From contig NC_092671.1 of the NCBI RefSeq assembly GCF_964355755.1, forward strand, positions 3,038,001 to 3,102,000: 64,000 nucleotides of DNA. The letters are read 5' to 3'. The notes under the pieces were generated by a model. It did no database searches. It was not told the origin of the DNA and was given only the letters and a program-made list of their open reading frames with translations. Both the position numbers and the translations under genes were made by a program. This DNA comes from Antedon mediterranea (Eukaryota > Animalia > Echinodermata). Positions 10,990 through 24,239 of this stretch are shown one piece after another (positions within the stretch are counted from its first letter, which is position 1; the number at the start of each line of letters is the position of its first letter).

Positions 10990-12984
10990 GTCGTACGAAG
11001 GAAATTAATTTGAAAGGATTGCATTTTTCAATGATATTGAATGAAAAAGATTTAGTATCATATTGTAAATATTTATTGATTGGAAATAGAAAGTTATGAT
11101 TGCAAAACTGGTGTATAGTTAAAATTTATTCTTTTGTTCATTGAGATTTCATCCTGGAATTTCATTTCAGATTACTCTTAATGTAGATCTTTCATTCCAT
11201 GCACATTGCAATGCATCTATGTATACTATAAGTTATTCAAACCGAGAAGACAGAGTGAATTATTTAATAGTCACCCTAGCAGAACATATTGATATAGTAT
11301 CTAACAATAGTGATACAATAAAATGCTAAATCAGTGAAGTGCTGAATTGTTCATAATTCATATTAAAATTATTTAGTTGCACACAACGTTATTGGTCCAT
11401 AGAACACTTGCTGTATTTATTCAAATAAATACCCATTGCATTTATTGTTCAGAAGGGTTTTTAGGGAGGGGGTTTATTTGTGGGAGGCGTTTATTTTATT
11501 TGGGTGTAGTAATGGTAACATGTATAATGAAATAAATGGATATGAAAAAATACAATGCATTGAGAAGTAATAAAGTACAGTAAAAATTGTATCAAAATGC
11601 TTGGTCAATCGTAGATCATGTCATGTCATCAATCAAATACAAATGTGTAATAAAACATTGTGTAGTATATGCATGTGGCGGGGCGTTTATTTGAGAAAAT
11701 AAATAAAGGCCTCTGGGCGTTTATTCAAAATGATGTTTATTTGGATAAACACCTTCATTAAAATAAATAGATCATGATCCGATTTGAGTGGTGTATATTC
11801 TTCTCAAAGCAGATCGTGGTAGTGAAGTCATGAAAGCTTATATGAACGCACCTAGTGGCGAGTACTTCTGTAAAGGAGTTATAATTTGCCTCCCTTCTTT
11901 TTTTTTAAATCAAAGAAAATTAAACACAATAACATTTTTGTAATACTTTATTCATACCAAATAAAAAGGTATCGTACATCACGTCTGTCCCCAAAAAAAC
12001 CCCTTATTGTAAAAAAAAAACAGAATTTCCTCAAAGAGGTGTAAACAAACTCTTATAGGGAGGGCCTTTTTTCCATAGTATATATTGTTTTCATCCATTC
12101 ATCTCTGTATAATAAAAGACAACTGAATTTATAGAAACTGCATTAAATAAACTAAATTATAATATAGCATCCAAAGTTTATAAAACTCGATGGTTGTCTT
12201 ACGAGGTATTTGTATATGAGTAAATATAATCAATTAATATATTTATATTATAGAATGCATTGTAAAATAATCATAAAGGCAGGAGATAAGTCTCAAACAC
12301 AACATAACATTTTTTTGACAATTAACAAATAAGACCATAGAGGTATTAAATTAAACTAGAGTGTTAACTAGATGGCAGTGAAGTCAGCCAATCAGAAGTA
12401 AGACTCTATTAATACATTATACTGTACTGTAGTTAAATATTGTATTACTGTAATACATACATTTGTTGCATACTATAGTGTATTTTGTAATGGTATATCT
12501 AGTGTTTTACATACACACAATCTTACACACATTTAAAAAGAGTGCCAATAGATAATTTAATCAGTTGAGTTGATATTGTGGGAAAATATCATGACACTAG
12601 ACAGGCATAGATAGGCATTGGACCCAGGACTCCGGGATGATAGGCAAGCTATAACTCTTGCCTACAGTTACAGTTTTTTAACTTGAAAACCAGAATAACT
12701 TATCTTAATAGCTACAATTTAAATAGAATTAGTTTTGACAAAATATTCATTTGAACAATAAATATTAGGACACTTAAAATTAGAATGTTCACTTTCAGCT
12801 GACGGGCGTTTAAAATGGTCACATGATATACGAATTTATAACAATGATATATAAACACAACAGGCACAGAACATGAATTTTAAACCGCCCGGGGATATAA
12901 TTCTATATATATATTTCACAACTTTTAAAAATTTGTTCGGTGGAAATATTTTACCAGATATTAAAATAGTGTACAGACAATAAT

Positions 12985-13449
12985 ATTACCAAACCCGTTA
13001 ATGTGTCTAGTTCATTCCAAGCTACAAATGAAACTGGAGCTTGGGTGGGCTAACTGATCCGCTACATTTTAACACATATTACCAAACCCGTTAATGTGTC
13101 TAGTTCATTCCTAGCTACAAATGAAACTGGAGCTTGGGTGGGCTAACTGATCCGCTACATTTTAACACATATTACCAAACCTGTTAATGTGTCTAGTTCA
13201 TTCCTAGCTACAAATGAAACTGGAGCTTGGGTGGGCTAACTGATCCGCTACATTTTAACACATATTACCAAACCCGTTAATGTGTCTAGTTCATTCCTAG
13301 CTACAAATGAAACTGGAGCTTGGGTGGGCTAACTGATCCGCTACATTTTAACACATATTACCAAACCCGTTAATGTGTCTAGTTCATTCCTAGCTACAAA
13401 TGAAACTGGAGCTTGGGTGGGCTAACTGATCCGCTACATTTTAACACAT
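12985..13449. repeat. Minisatellite, 93 bp unit x5, near-identical
   Basis: Unit ATTACCAAACCCGTTAATGTGTCTAGTTCATTCCTAGCTACAAATGAAACTGGAGCTTGGGTGGGCTAACTGATCCGCTACATTTTAACACAT at 12985, 13078, 13171, 13264, 13357. Confidence 0.95.
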
Positions 13450-13805
13450 GCATCCTCACACACAATCACATTATCTTTATTCTTTAAGTTTGACATAAAA
13501 TCCAGAAAAAATGCCAATACTCCAAGCATAGAGTTATAATTATACCTCCATGCTCGAAGCATAAATTTCCAAAATTGTTGGCAGATTTATTTTTAGTTTC
13601 CTGGAAAAGCATTTAGTTAAAAAATTATTTTTATTCAAGAAAAGTTTAATTTATGAAATGTTCAAGAAAAACTTTCAAACTAAAAAATAAAGTATTATTC
13701 AGGATCTTCGTGATAAACCGATTATCGCTTATAATTCAGTGTAGAGAAATCGATACACAAGCATATAACAAGTTATAACTTTCGTTACTCTAGCCCAATT
13801 TTCAT

Positions 13806-16800
13806 TTAAACCTCTAGGGTTTTCCCCAGTGTAGCGATTTCATTGATGATGAAGTCTATGTCTTCTTTAGATGTACGGGCATTAGCAAATATCTGACGGA
13901 AGAAGTTGACCCTGGGTTCAAGTGGTTGGTAGCCAATCAGGAGAGATCCATTTCTAACCATTCTTTCCTTGATAATTGGTGCAACCTATTTAAATACAAT
14001 TAAAAAATAAATTAAAAAACCTTGCCTTGTAACTGCAGAACAACACTATATTCCTCAATTGTATCAAAATTAATACACCCTCTAATGAAATATAAATATA
14101 TATACATACCTTTCTCATCCTCTCCCAAAATTCCGGGGTTCGTTCCAATCCTTGAAGACGGGGAGGTACATACCAGAAACACACATTGGTACATTGAGGC
14201 TGATGAAAAAAAAAAGAACAAAATATATATACGAAATCTTTCAATGGGAATAAATTGTTTATGCGTTTATAATATTGAAATTGAATAAATGTCTAACCTC
14301 AAGAACCAAAGTGAAATCGTTTCTGCTCTTAATAACTTCAGCCATGTATCTAAAAAAAAGAATAAAGATTTAAAAAACAAAGTAGTTGCCATGGTATTGG
14401 CCATGTGTACTTGTGTTTAGCAACCTGGTTCTGAACACAGCAAAATATTAATTTCTACGACCAATGGGGCAACTGCATAGCTGGATGTTTATATTCAATA
14501 TAAATAAACATTTTTTTTCATAAACTTTGTAAAGTGAGGTCACATTTTAATTAGCGCTTTAACAAAGTCTTCAGACTCTGTAGTAGCGACGTCATCTGTT
14601 TCATACACTGTCAACTATCAGGCGAAACTTTGGTATGCAGAAATCAATTTAATTGGTTGTTGTTGTTGACTTGCGCCAAAAACGTTGATGCATTATTTGA
14701 AAATTGTTAGTGTCATATGCTTATCTTGCTTATCAGTGTTGTAATAGGTGGTTTACACTAACCCCTCCCTAGTTCAGACATTGTGTACAATACATAGACA
14801 AAACCATATTTCCGTCAGTGTGAACAGACAAATAAACATCTTACCTTGAGTTAGCAAACTTTGTGTTAATCTCTTCTTCAAATCCTTTGTTTCCCTTCTT
14901 TTTCCACATCAGCCAAACTTTAAATGCATCTACTTTGCGTCCGCACTGGATTGATTTGTCACCTGTGTCGTAGGACATATCATAGAATTTGTCTTGTTGA
15001 AACAAATACCTAGCTCCAGCTGCATGTGCTTTGTGTAGAAGTCCTTCCTAAAATAGAAAGCAAAAATATATATTGATTGATTGAAATATATATTTATACT
15101 GGGTAACCTCTTCAGTCAAAGACTGGTCTCCCAGAGGGCCCAGTTGGTGATCAGTGGCTGTGATGTACTGATACACCGTTGTAACCCCCTACTCGTCTCG
15201 AAAGATGTACTAGGTTCTTTAAAGTGCACACGAGCAAGTTGTGTACACTGGACCTACGGTTTATAGTCCTTATCCGAGAAGACTCGTTCTACCACCAGAA
15301 CCATGGAGTGAGTGAGCCTCGAACCCCTGCCGATGTTATGGCTACGTGATTACGGTTCCACTGTCTTAACCGCTCGGCCACTCACCCACACCTACATATG
15401 GGCTCATATGTAGACATGATGATGTCATATCACTACCATTTTTGGGCATATCACTCCCATATTTTGGCATATCACTACCATAATTGGAAACATCACACTT
15501 TTTTTGTCAAACTAGTTTGAGGCAGAGCTTTTGTGTAGAAGTCTGCTATAATATATATCTTACATTTCCGTTCATGACAAAGGCAGAGCACTGAAGCGGA
15601 ACGCCCATCATCTTGTGTTGACACCAGGTCATTGAGTCGGTCCTCTCTATTCCTTTCAATAGATACTTGTATTTATTTGACAGCAAGGCTCCACCACCCC
15701 AGGCCGCCTATACGTGAAAATATAAAAACATTATTTACTGATGGCAAAGAATAAATAAACAATATTTTCAATAAAAATAAGAATTTAGTTTGGGCTCCTG
15801 ACCATCATTTTGTAACACATATATTTTTCATAAGCATCACTTTATATCTTTAATATCTGCCTTAACCGCTAGGCCATTTGACTTTTTATGTTTTATGTAT
15901 ATGTACTATTATTTTGTGTAGAGTTGAGGGCCTCATGCATGTCAGCCTATGCTGTTTTGAGTGACTCTTATTAATCAAAGCATATCATCAGTTGAAATGT
16001 TAAAACGTCTAATACTACAGTAAAACTATCAATATTTAACTTTTTAAAATACTTGAAATCTATAAATACTTACATCAACATGCAGCCATAAATCATGCTT
16101 TTTGCAAATGTCAGCAATTGGCTCCAAAGGATCATACGCACCAAGCACCGTGGTACCAGACGTTGCATTCACAAAAAATGGCAAAAACCCCTGAAATGTT
16201 AAATAATTTGAGGTTTTTTTTATTATTTTTTACATATTCTATGAGTGTATATATTATTATAGCATGGAGCTGTACCCAAAGTTGCTTTCACAAAAATTAT
16301 TTTAAAACATAAATCAAACATTGTTTACTGCAGTAACTACAGTAACTGCAGTAGAATAATTTTGACATGATCTCCAAGTGTATTCCTATTTTCAAACTTA
16401 CGTCTTGCGTTGCTTTTTCAATTTCCTTCTCAAGTTCTTCGGGAATCATTTTACCGCTGTGGAGTAATCAAATTACAAACATTATGCAGACATCATCCAA
16501 ATCAATAATGTCTACGCTAAGTGATGGTATCGATAAAGCGAGAGTATTGATCACCGGGCACTTACCCAACCAGTGTCCAAAAATACACCAATTTATTATA
16601 CAGTCTTTAAGTAGGGCCACAGGTTGTTTTTTGATGGATTGATTAATTCTGCCCGATTAAGCCAAAATTGAGAGACCTAACCAGTGTTCGACGATATACA
16701 AATTATGAGGCTATTATATACCATCTTAAATTAAATTAATTCTGTTTAATGGAGTCCAACAAGGAACGATATAAAAAATGAATACAACTTATATAAGAGA

Positions 16801-19800
16801 ACACAAATTACAGTAGAATCCGTATTTCCCCTTAATAGGGTTGGCCATAGTGTTAACAAATATATTGCCCCTCATTCGTTGGGATGTCCTCTTAACAGGG
16901 GTGTTCCCTGAATAGAGGTGTCCTCTTAATAGGGGTGTTCCCTAAACAGGGGGTGTCTGCTGAATAGGGGTGTCCTCTTAATAGGGGTTTTCCCTGAATA
17001 GGGATGTCCTCTTAACAGGGGTGTTCCCTGAATAGAGGTGTCCTCTTAATAGGGGTGTTCCCTAAACAGGGGTGTCCGCTGAATAGGGGTGTCCTCTTAA
17101 TAGGGGTTTTCCCTAAACAGGAGTGTCCCTATAACAAAGGTGTTTCCCGAATAGGGGTGTGCCAAAGAAGGTGTACTACAGTACTGTACTTACATTTCAT
17201 CACATTTGACAATCTTAAGGCTGTCAAGACCTAAACCAAGGAAGAATGCTCCTTTTTTGAGTGAATAATGGCTCTGTAAAGAACAAAAGTGATTTCTAGA
17301 GATAAACGTAGGTCTAGATCAAAAATTGTATTTTTATATACCTCATCATCAAATATCAATAAGGTTGATTTTCATAAAACTGCAAAACTAACACTATTTG
17401 GAAGAGGAAGAACAAAAGCAGTTCCATAACCAATTTTATTTGTTCCTAAAACACTACCTGTTCTTCATCCCCGATATAATCTTTCTACATTTTTGTAAAC
17501 AATTTATTATTTTATTATTATTTACTTCATTTCATTATTTAAACCATCTTTGACTTGTTGGTTTTTTACCTTATATCATGATTTTATCTCACCTGTTCCG
17601 ATGTGAAAATGGCAAGCTTTGGAATTCCATAAAGACCTTTCTCCTTTGATTCTGGGAATCGTTTATACCTAGCAACATTCAGCGCATACATATTGGCAAG
17701 TGAACCACCTATGGAATAAAAATAACATGTCTAAAATTGACGACAGACCTACTATAATATACATTATGTAAACAAAATCTGGAGATATTGTAAACAATAT
17801 GGAGCTCAATTACATGATGCTAATTAAATATTAACCACAAAAATGGCAGCAATTTATGCTTGGTTTCCCACTCAGATGAAAGTGTATCGCAAATAACCAC
17901 AATCACGACGCGATAGATCATCCAAACTTGTGATTGATCAACTCACTTGCGTTGTACCTACGTCATTGAGTTTAAGTGGGAACAGAGGTACAGAATTATT
18001 ATATTGTGTTTTGAAATCTTTCTTCATTTTTTTTATACAGTACCTCTCATTTGTGATAATTCAAGTTCTTTTAATGACAATCTATATTTAGACATGTTGT
18101 TATAATCAATAGTGAGTAATAGATCTTTCATTTAATCCTGTTTGCCACTTACTCCAAATACACTCATTGATTTTACCAACAATCTTAAATGGAACGCCCA
18201 GGGGTGGCTAACTAATTGCCCAATTCTACTTCTTGCTATAAACCAATGGCTTTCACACAGGAGATAAATTGAAATGCACACTTAAAATGGATCCATTGCA
18301 CGTACATGTAAAGTGAAAGGCTCATTATAATGAAGAATGATAAATGCTGACATGCCAACTTTTACGCTGCTATTTTGGTTTTGGATATTTTTTTGGTCTT
18401 GGCCCCCCTATATATATTTTAAACACTGTATACCAAGGCTTTCTTTAAGAGTTTGGTTTCTACTTAAATGCAACGCATGATCCATCGCGTCAAAATTGGT
18501 CAACTCGCTTCCGTTGCACTTCCTAGTGGGAACAAAGCTTTAACATCATGGCCATCGGTCAACTCGGTACTTAATTAGAAACTTGTACTAACCTGGACAG
18601 AAGATGCCATCACCAGTTTTGTAACCACATAATTCCCTGAACTTTGCAAATACTTCATGTTCAATAAGTGTGAAAAGGGGAGCAACCTCGAAAGTGTACC
18701 TTTAAGTAAAAAGTGAATAAAATAAAAGATATATTGAAAATTTCCAAAATTGATATAGCTGTTAACTATAATAATCCATTAAGTTTTAAGGCAATATTAA
18801 AAACTTTAAACCCAAAGAAGGTTATTTCCCAACACACATTCCCCCACACCTCCCCCTCCACCCATAAAAACATAAAGGAGGTAGGACAGGCTAATCAAAA
18901 TAATTAATTCTTAATCATCAAAACTAAAACATGACCTTGAAATAAATAGAAAAATATTGGTTTCTAATTAACTTTTAACCAAAATAGAATATTTATGAGG
19001 AATGTGAGATAATAACAATATTCTAATTACTTTGTCACCAAAAGGCAATCAAACATGAATTGAGTTTATTGATGCATATCGCAAAGTGTTGATGGTATTT
19101 GCAGATGCAGATATACCTCAAATTCATCTCATGTTGTAATACATTGAGAATTTTACTTTAAATATATTTAATCAAAATTACAGTAGAACGCCTAGGTAGG
19201 GAACCCTTCTATTAATAAGACATTTTGATGGGTCTCGAATGTGTTCCCTTAATAGGAGTTTTACTGTAGTTCATCACCTATATTACACTATAAAAACACA
19301 TTATTTATACCATAACCACTGATTGGTTCTAACGTGTGGTATTCTTAATACAGTAAACTCCCATGGGAAATCTCTATCCATGGGACAAGTTATGTTTGTT
19401 AGACCCAAAGGTGTCCCCTTAATAGGGGTTCTACTGTGTACTTTCTATTCAAAAACTCACATTCATGTACATGATACTATGCTGTATAAATCTAAACATA
19501 TAAACTTGCCTTTGTAATAATATACAATGTAATTTCTATATATATAATTTCAATGAATTAGGAATTGTATAGCCTGCATGGGGATCATGACTTTGGTTAG
19601 GTTCATCTTTTGTAAGCGAAGATAGTGCCTAAACAAAACTAGCTGAATCAAAGGATAATGTTATGCTCTATCAAACTACTTTGACAAAAAAGTGTGATGT
19701 GCCCAAATATGGTAGTGATATGCACAATCACATAATATGTAGACAGAGCTTTAGTGTGAATAGGGTATTTACCAATAAAGCATTGATTTTATATTTCCAT

Positions 19801-21722
19801 TGAAATAAAAGGAATCACAAATTAGTTTAGTTCAAACTAGAGGGTAGATAACACATACAGTGGAAGACACTTTCTACTGGCTTTTGTAATTTTAATTTGT
19901 GATTATTACTATTAAAATATTCAAATGTAATATAGAAAAGACTTACTGACTAGCATTGATGGCATCGGTCAACCACTGACCAGCCAGACCATATAAATCT
20001 TGACCCGCAAACAGTTGATTAAAAAAATGAGGACTTGCTGGAATTAAAAGGTTAACAAATTGTTTAATTTATTTAATATAAATATGAATTTTATTATTCT
20101 ATTTATTTATGTTATTATTTATTATTACGAAGTGTCCTCTTCATACAAATGTATTAATACCAATATACAAATACTCTTGCTCGTTTCACAGGGAAGTATC
20201 CTTCATTAGAGGTGTCTTTGCCTGTAGTATTAAAATATATATATTTTGCTATATTCATTTCACAGTAAAGATTCCAATGGAGGGGTTGTAAGTTAACAAA
20301 AATAACTAATAACCAACCTGGTTTGACGGCGTACTTGAAGGCACTCCGACAGTGGTCCAGTACTTGTGCATCGGTCTCTCCATCGTCGCGTATGCTTAAG
20401 TCAGCCAATCCTTTAAGAGCCTCAGGATCATGGAATTCTACAACTAGTATCAAAGAGACAAACAAAATGTAATTGTATTTGAACTTTCATGTTTTGATGG
20501 TAGCTATATATTATATAGCTACCATCAAAACATGGAAGTTCTATGTACACACAACTCTAGCATGTGTGAACTATTTATATAATATTTTGAAAAATAAAGC
20601 AACCATAAATTATCAAAGATAAATCTAAGCACTATCCTCTACACATACATTTTTATTGGCAATATATTTTGCCTTTTTAGTCAGTTTTTATAAAAAAACG
20701 TACCTTTTGTGTCTGGTTTCGTTGCATCTAGCACGCCCTCTTTGAAAACTAATTCAAATGCATCACAGAAGAACTGTTGGTCAGCTGGGAGATTCTGTCT
20801 GTGAATGCCGTTGGCTTTAAAACAAAGCAATAATTGCAAGTAGTGTACAATATTCACAGGATGGGTAATTTAAAAGAAAATGTTTACAAACCATTCAGTA
20901 TTTGTGTAATACACTTTTTGAATAAAGTAAATATTTTATTTTAAATTGAATTATAATTTGTGCTCCCTTTTTGACAGCTAAAATGAAATTTGATATTTTT
21001 GACAAAATATTAACACAATTAATGGAACCGCCCCTGTTAATGTACTTTTTAGAAGTTTAAAATTATTCCAGCTTTTAAATCAATTAATTATGCACACAAA
21101 TGATGCGATGAAAATTACATAAATAAAACAAAAACTCACCAATTGCACCATTATCCAAGCGTTGTGACTTTGATAAAGAACTCATAGCTCTTGCAGCTAA
21201 AAAAAAATATTAGAAAGATTTTTTTTGGATAGAGAAGATCGAAACTTCAAATAATTAAAAATTCAGAAAAACAATTTATCACACCAGTTAAACTGTACTA
21301 AAATAGGTTTATACAAAATGTACAATTATTACTTATATTAGTTAGACTTATTTATAACGTCTTTAACCCACATTTATATCAGGTAATTGGTGAGCATAAA
21401 GAGAGTAGCAACTGCCAGCCATCGTATATCAACCGGTTTAATTGACCTTTGCCCTGTTCTAGCTAGCTTATCACACACAGGAGCAGCACCCAAACCAACT
21501 TACCCGGCTTCATAGATAAAAGTTTGCCACTGCTGACAGGCGTTAATAAGTCAGTGTAAGGCTAGAGGCCTAGCATTATTATTACAGCATACAACCACTA
21601 CTGACTATTGTTTACTAATAACTATAGGCTCATACCGTACCTTTTAAATGTGTTTCCTTGTGCAGTGCAAACTGATGTGCAACGTGTTTGGTTGAGGATA
21701 GAATGCTTCTGAATTGAAGCAT
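13806..21722 (-). CDS. Group II PLP-dependent acidic amino acid decarboxylase, CSAD/GADL1-like
   Basis: Exons 21641-21722 (proposed), 21140-21196, 20704-20814, 20318-20443, 19947-20037, 18593-18699, 17593-17708, 17194-17273, 16402-16456, 16074-16190, 15564-15707, 14845-15047, 14298-14349, 14110-14199, 13806-13985. Motifs [100 protein letters not shown] is the CSAD/GADL1 pattern (GAD has NQLS/MFT). Confidence 0.94.
15074..15392 (-). mobile_element. tRNA-derived SINE with Deu-domain-like core
   Basis: Head TGGCCGAGCGGTTAAG (A box) ... GGGGTTCGAGGC (B box). Core CTCGGATAAGGACTATAAACCGTAGGTCC...GCACTTTAAAGAACC...GAGTAGGGGGTTA resembles the recalled Deu domain. (TCAA)n tail. Confidence 0.8.
16809..17185. 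mobile_element. Tc1/mariner-type MITE (TACAGTAGAA..) with an internally expanded ~19-20 bp tandem array
   Basis: Repeating AATAGGGGTGTTCCCTG / AATAGAGGTGTCCTCTT units 16885-17160. Unexpanded relatives at 19180-19268 and 19349-19437. Confidence 0.7.
21443..21455 (-). promoter_or_regulatory. DR1 nuclear receptor element (HNF4/RXR/PPAR type)
   Basis: AGGGCAAAGGTCA on the minus strand, in the first intron of the decarboxylase. Confidence 0.45.
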
Positions 21723-21798
21723 TATAAGCAGACGTACTAAGTTTAGGCTCAGCTCCAGGTCAGCATGAAAATTTCCACCACGCTGCTGCGGCTAATAG

Positions 21799-21812
21799 CT
21801 GTGACGTCACAG
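21799..21812. promoter_or_regulatory. Palindromic CRE (TGACGTCA) in a 14-bp perfect palindrome
   Basis: CTGTGACGTCACAG ~80 bp upstream of the proposed decarboxylase ATG; TATAAAT-like sequence on minus at ~21854-21860. Confidence 0.5.
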
Positions 21813-22085
21813 ACTTGACATTTCAAACTAAGTTTTACCACTCGATAATACATATTTATAAACGAGGAGGCAAAAGCTTGGGCACGTATTAAAGTTCTCG
21901 CATTATATTGTTTATCGATTAATAAAACTATTATTATAAATTAATTAATAATTATAATAAGCTAAGCTGTAAAACTAAATCGATATTACCAATTACTATT
22001 ATATATGAAAGTCGTGGCAGAGGTAACAGATTGTTAAAAATGATTTGAAACATTTTTTAAGTAACACATTAATATGTGCCGGTAC

Positions 22086-23362
22086 CAGCGGGGGGGCTAC
22101 GGGGGCTCTAGCCCCCTCGTCGGGGAGCCTAGCCCCCCGTCGGGGAACACGGGTACTTTTTGTCGGGGAATATAATATACAGTAAAAAGCGTTCGCGTTC
22201 ACTTCGTAGCTAGCTTCAGCGCCTAGAAAACCGTGACGTTTCATTGACCGTGAGAGTACGTCAGAGTGATATTATGCACTTTATATGCATTCATTATTGC
22301 CAGCGACCTAACTTACTACTAAACAATAGCTATAGGTTCGCACTTGTCTGGCGGTATCCCCTTGTACGAATCGTTCAACGTTGGGTCGAGACGCGTGATA
22401 TCATGTTCCATCCAGGGACCAAAATGTGTACTGTAGTTATTTTCCAGGCGAAGTTTACTGACGGTTACGTCGTGTACTGCGTCGACGTACGCTACACTAC
22501 AGCAAAAACGAATTATGTTAATTGTTCGTATGTTCACCAATTTTTTAATTTACAAGTAACCTTCTGTAACGTGGGGCACCTAAAATAAATTTTTCATCCA
22601 TTACTAAACAAAAAAACATGCCATTTTTGCTTAGCCAACATCTTATTATAGCTAAGTTATTACATTTTCAATGTCCTGTATGTCATGAATTTCTCACCAC
22701 TCGGAAGTCCAGATAGTACGCACGCATACACTTGGGAGGAATAAACTTATTTCCCCGACTGAAAAAGGTCTACGCTTGCGTTTTTTAAGCCTCTAGGCCT
22801 GATGTTTCCAAAGTATAAAATGCAATTTGTTGAAGACCTGCAGCTCTAGTTTTAAACAGTTTCTTAGCTCAGCCCCAACAATAAAGCTGGTCATATTTCG
22901 AAGTACAAGAAGTGCATTTTCCGGGACCTAACATCTCTATTTTTCAAACATTTCTTAGCTCAGTCACAACCATGATAGGGACTTATATATTTTGTTTCAT
23001 GTTTTGAAGTATATTAAGTCCAATTTCCGGGACCTCCAACACTATTTTTCTAAATTTTCTTTGAACTTTTATTTTTTAAATTGAAAAATATGGATTGAAA
23101 CAGTCATCGCGCATCGTTTTTTTGCACGCAGTATTTTATTTATGCATTATAAAAAATGGAAAAAATGGCTACCCTAAATCTGATTAAAATGACCTCAAAT
23201 GACGCTAGAACGCGTTGCTTCCGGGGGAGAAGCCCCCTGGACCCCCACCGGGGGCCCTTGGCGGCCCCCCTGGCCCCCAGCCTAGTGATCTCGCTTCGCT
23301 CGCATAGCCCCCTCGTCGGGGAATGTAGCCCCCGCGTCGGGAAGATCCTGGCGCCACCCCTG
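22086..23362. mobile_element. Non-autonomous hAT-like element with 8-bp TSD
   Basis: Direct repeat GCCGGTAC at 22078-22085 and 23363-23370. CAG...CTG termini, with the left TIR degenerate. TAGCCCCC(T)CGTCGGGGA subterminal repeats at both ends. Confidence 0.75.
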
Positions 23363-23382
23363 GCCGGTACTGACTGGTACTA

Positions 23383-24239
23383 TACTGCCGTACTTTGAGA
23401 AAAGGCATTATCTACAAAAAGGTACTTTTGAGTAAATGAGCAAAACGCTTTTTTGTTTATTATAAAAAACATACAAATAATATTCTATTTCTAAATGTAT
23501 AGTCTTGAGAAGAACATTAAACAAAAATATGCCATGTATGGTCAATTCAGATGTTAAATTATGCCCTTAAAGGCCAGGTGCGGGCAAAAAATTTCTATTG
23601 ATCATACATTCCATTAATTAACAATCTATAGTTTCCCCTATGTTTCATAATTTTGGGGATTTTATTTGTGTTACACGAGTTTGTTGAAAATAAGCACTTT
23701 CTTATCAGTGGGAGGATAGTTCAAATTACACAGTATGATCTTTATTCGTTTGTACACACATTTTGTAAATAGAGAGGCATTTTAAAAAGCTATGAAAAAT
23801 AAACCGTGTGGTAAAAAATGTTATCAGATGACTAAATATAGGTAATATAACTTGAATATTACATTTCTGATATTTTTATTCAACTTCAGATTTTTATTTT
23901 CATGCTATAGCAAAAATTATCCACCGTATATCCACCATCTTTTTTCACCGTCTAGGGAGTCACCAGACATGTTATTACATTAGGTTAACTACCTAACTAC
24001 TGAAAAAAAGTCTTCCTGGTTTTTATGGAAGAATTTTGCCAAATTTTGTATTTGACCATATTAAGTGAAATTCATGTTTTTTCGTCTCGATTTCTGTTAC
24101 AAATATTTGATTTATGTACAATTAACCAAATATTAAATTTAAACTTCATGCCTGTACCTGAGCTTTAAGAATCAAATAAGACAAATATCTCAATTTCGAA
24201 AAAAATGTAGATAATGCCTTTTCTCAAAGTACGGCAGTA
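23383..24239. mobile_element. Tc1/mariner-type MITE with TA TSD, interrupted by a Kolobok-like insertion
   Basis: Perfect TIR TACTGCCGTACTTTGAGAAAAGGCATTATCTACA / TGTAGATAATGCCTTTTCTCAAAGTACGGCAGTA, flanked by TA. Confidence 0.85.
23571..24164. mobile_element. Kolobok-like non-autonomous element (TTAA TSD)
   Basis: TTAA|AGGCCAGGTGC ... GTACCTGAGCT|TTAA. Second full copy in the opposite orientation at 51084-51686. Confidence 0.8.

Noticed and set aside
12985-13449. CRISPR-like array or coding repeat
   Set aside because: Units are contiguous with no unique spacers, there are no cas genes, the context is eukaryotic, and the ORF track shows no ORF here.
13806-21722. Calling the decarboxylase GAD or insect-type aspartate decarboxylase
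   Set aside because: It has NQLF/SQYT rather than GAD NQLS/MFT, and PLQC rather than the ADC-type QQC.
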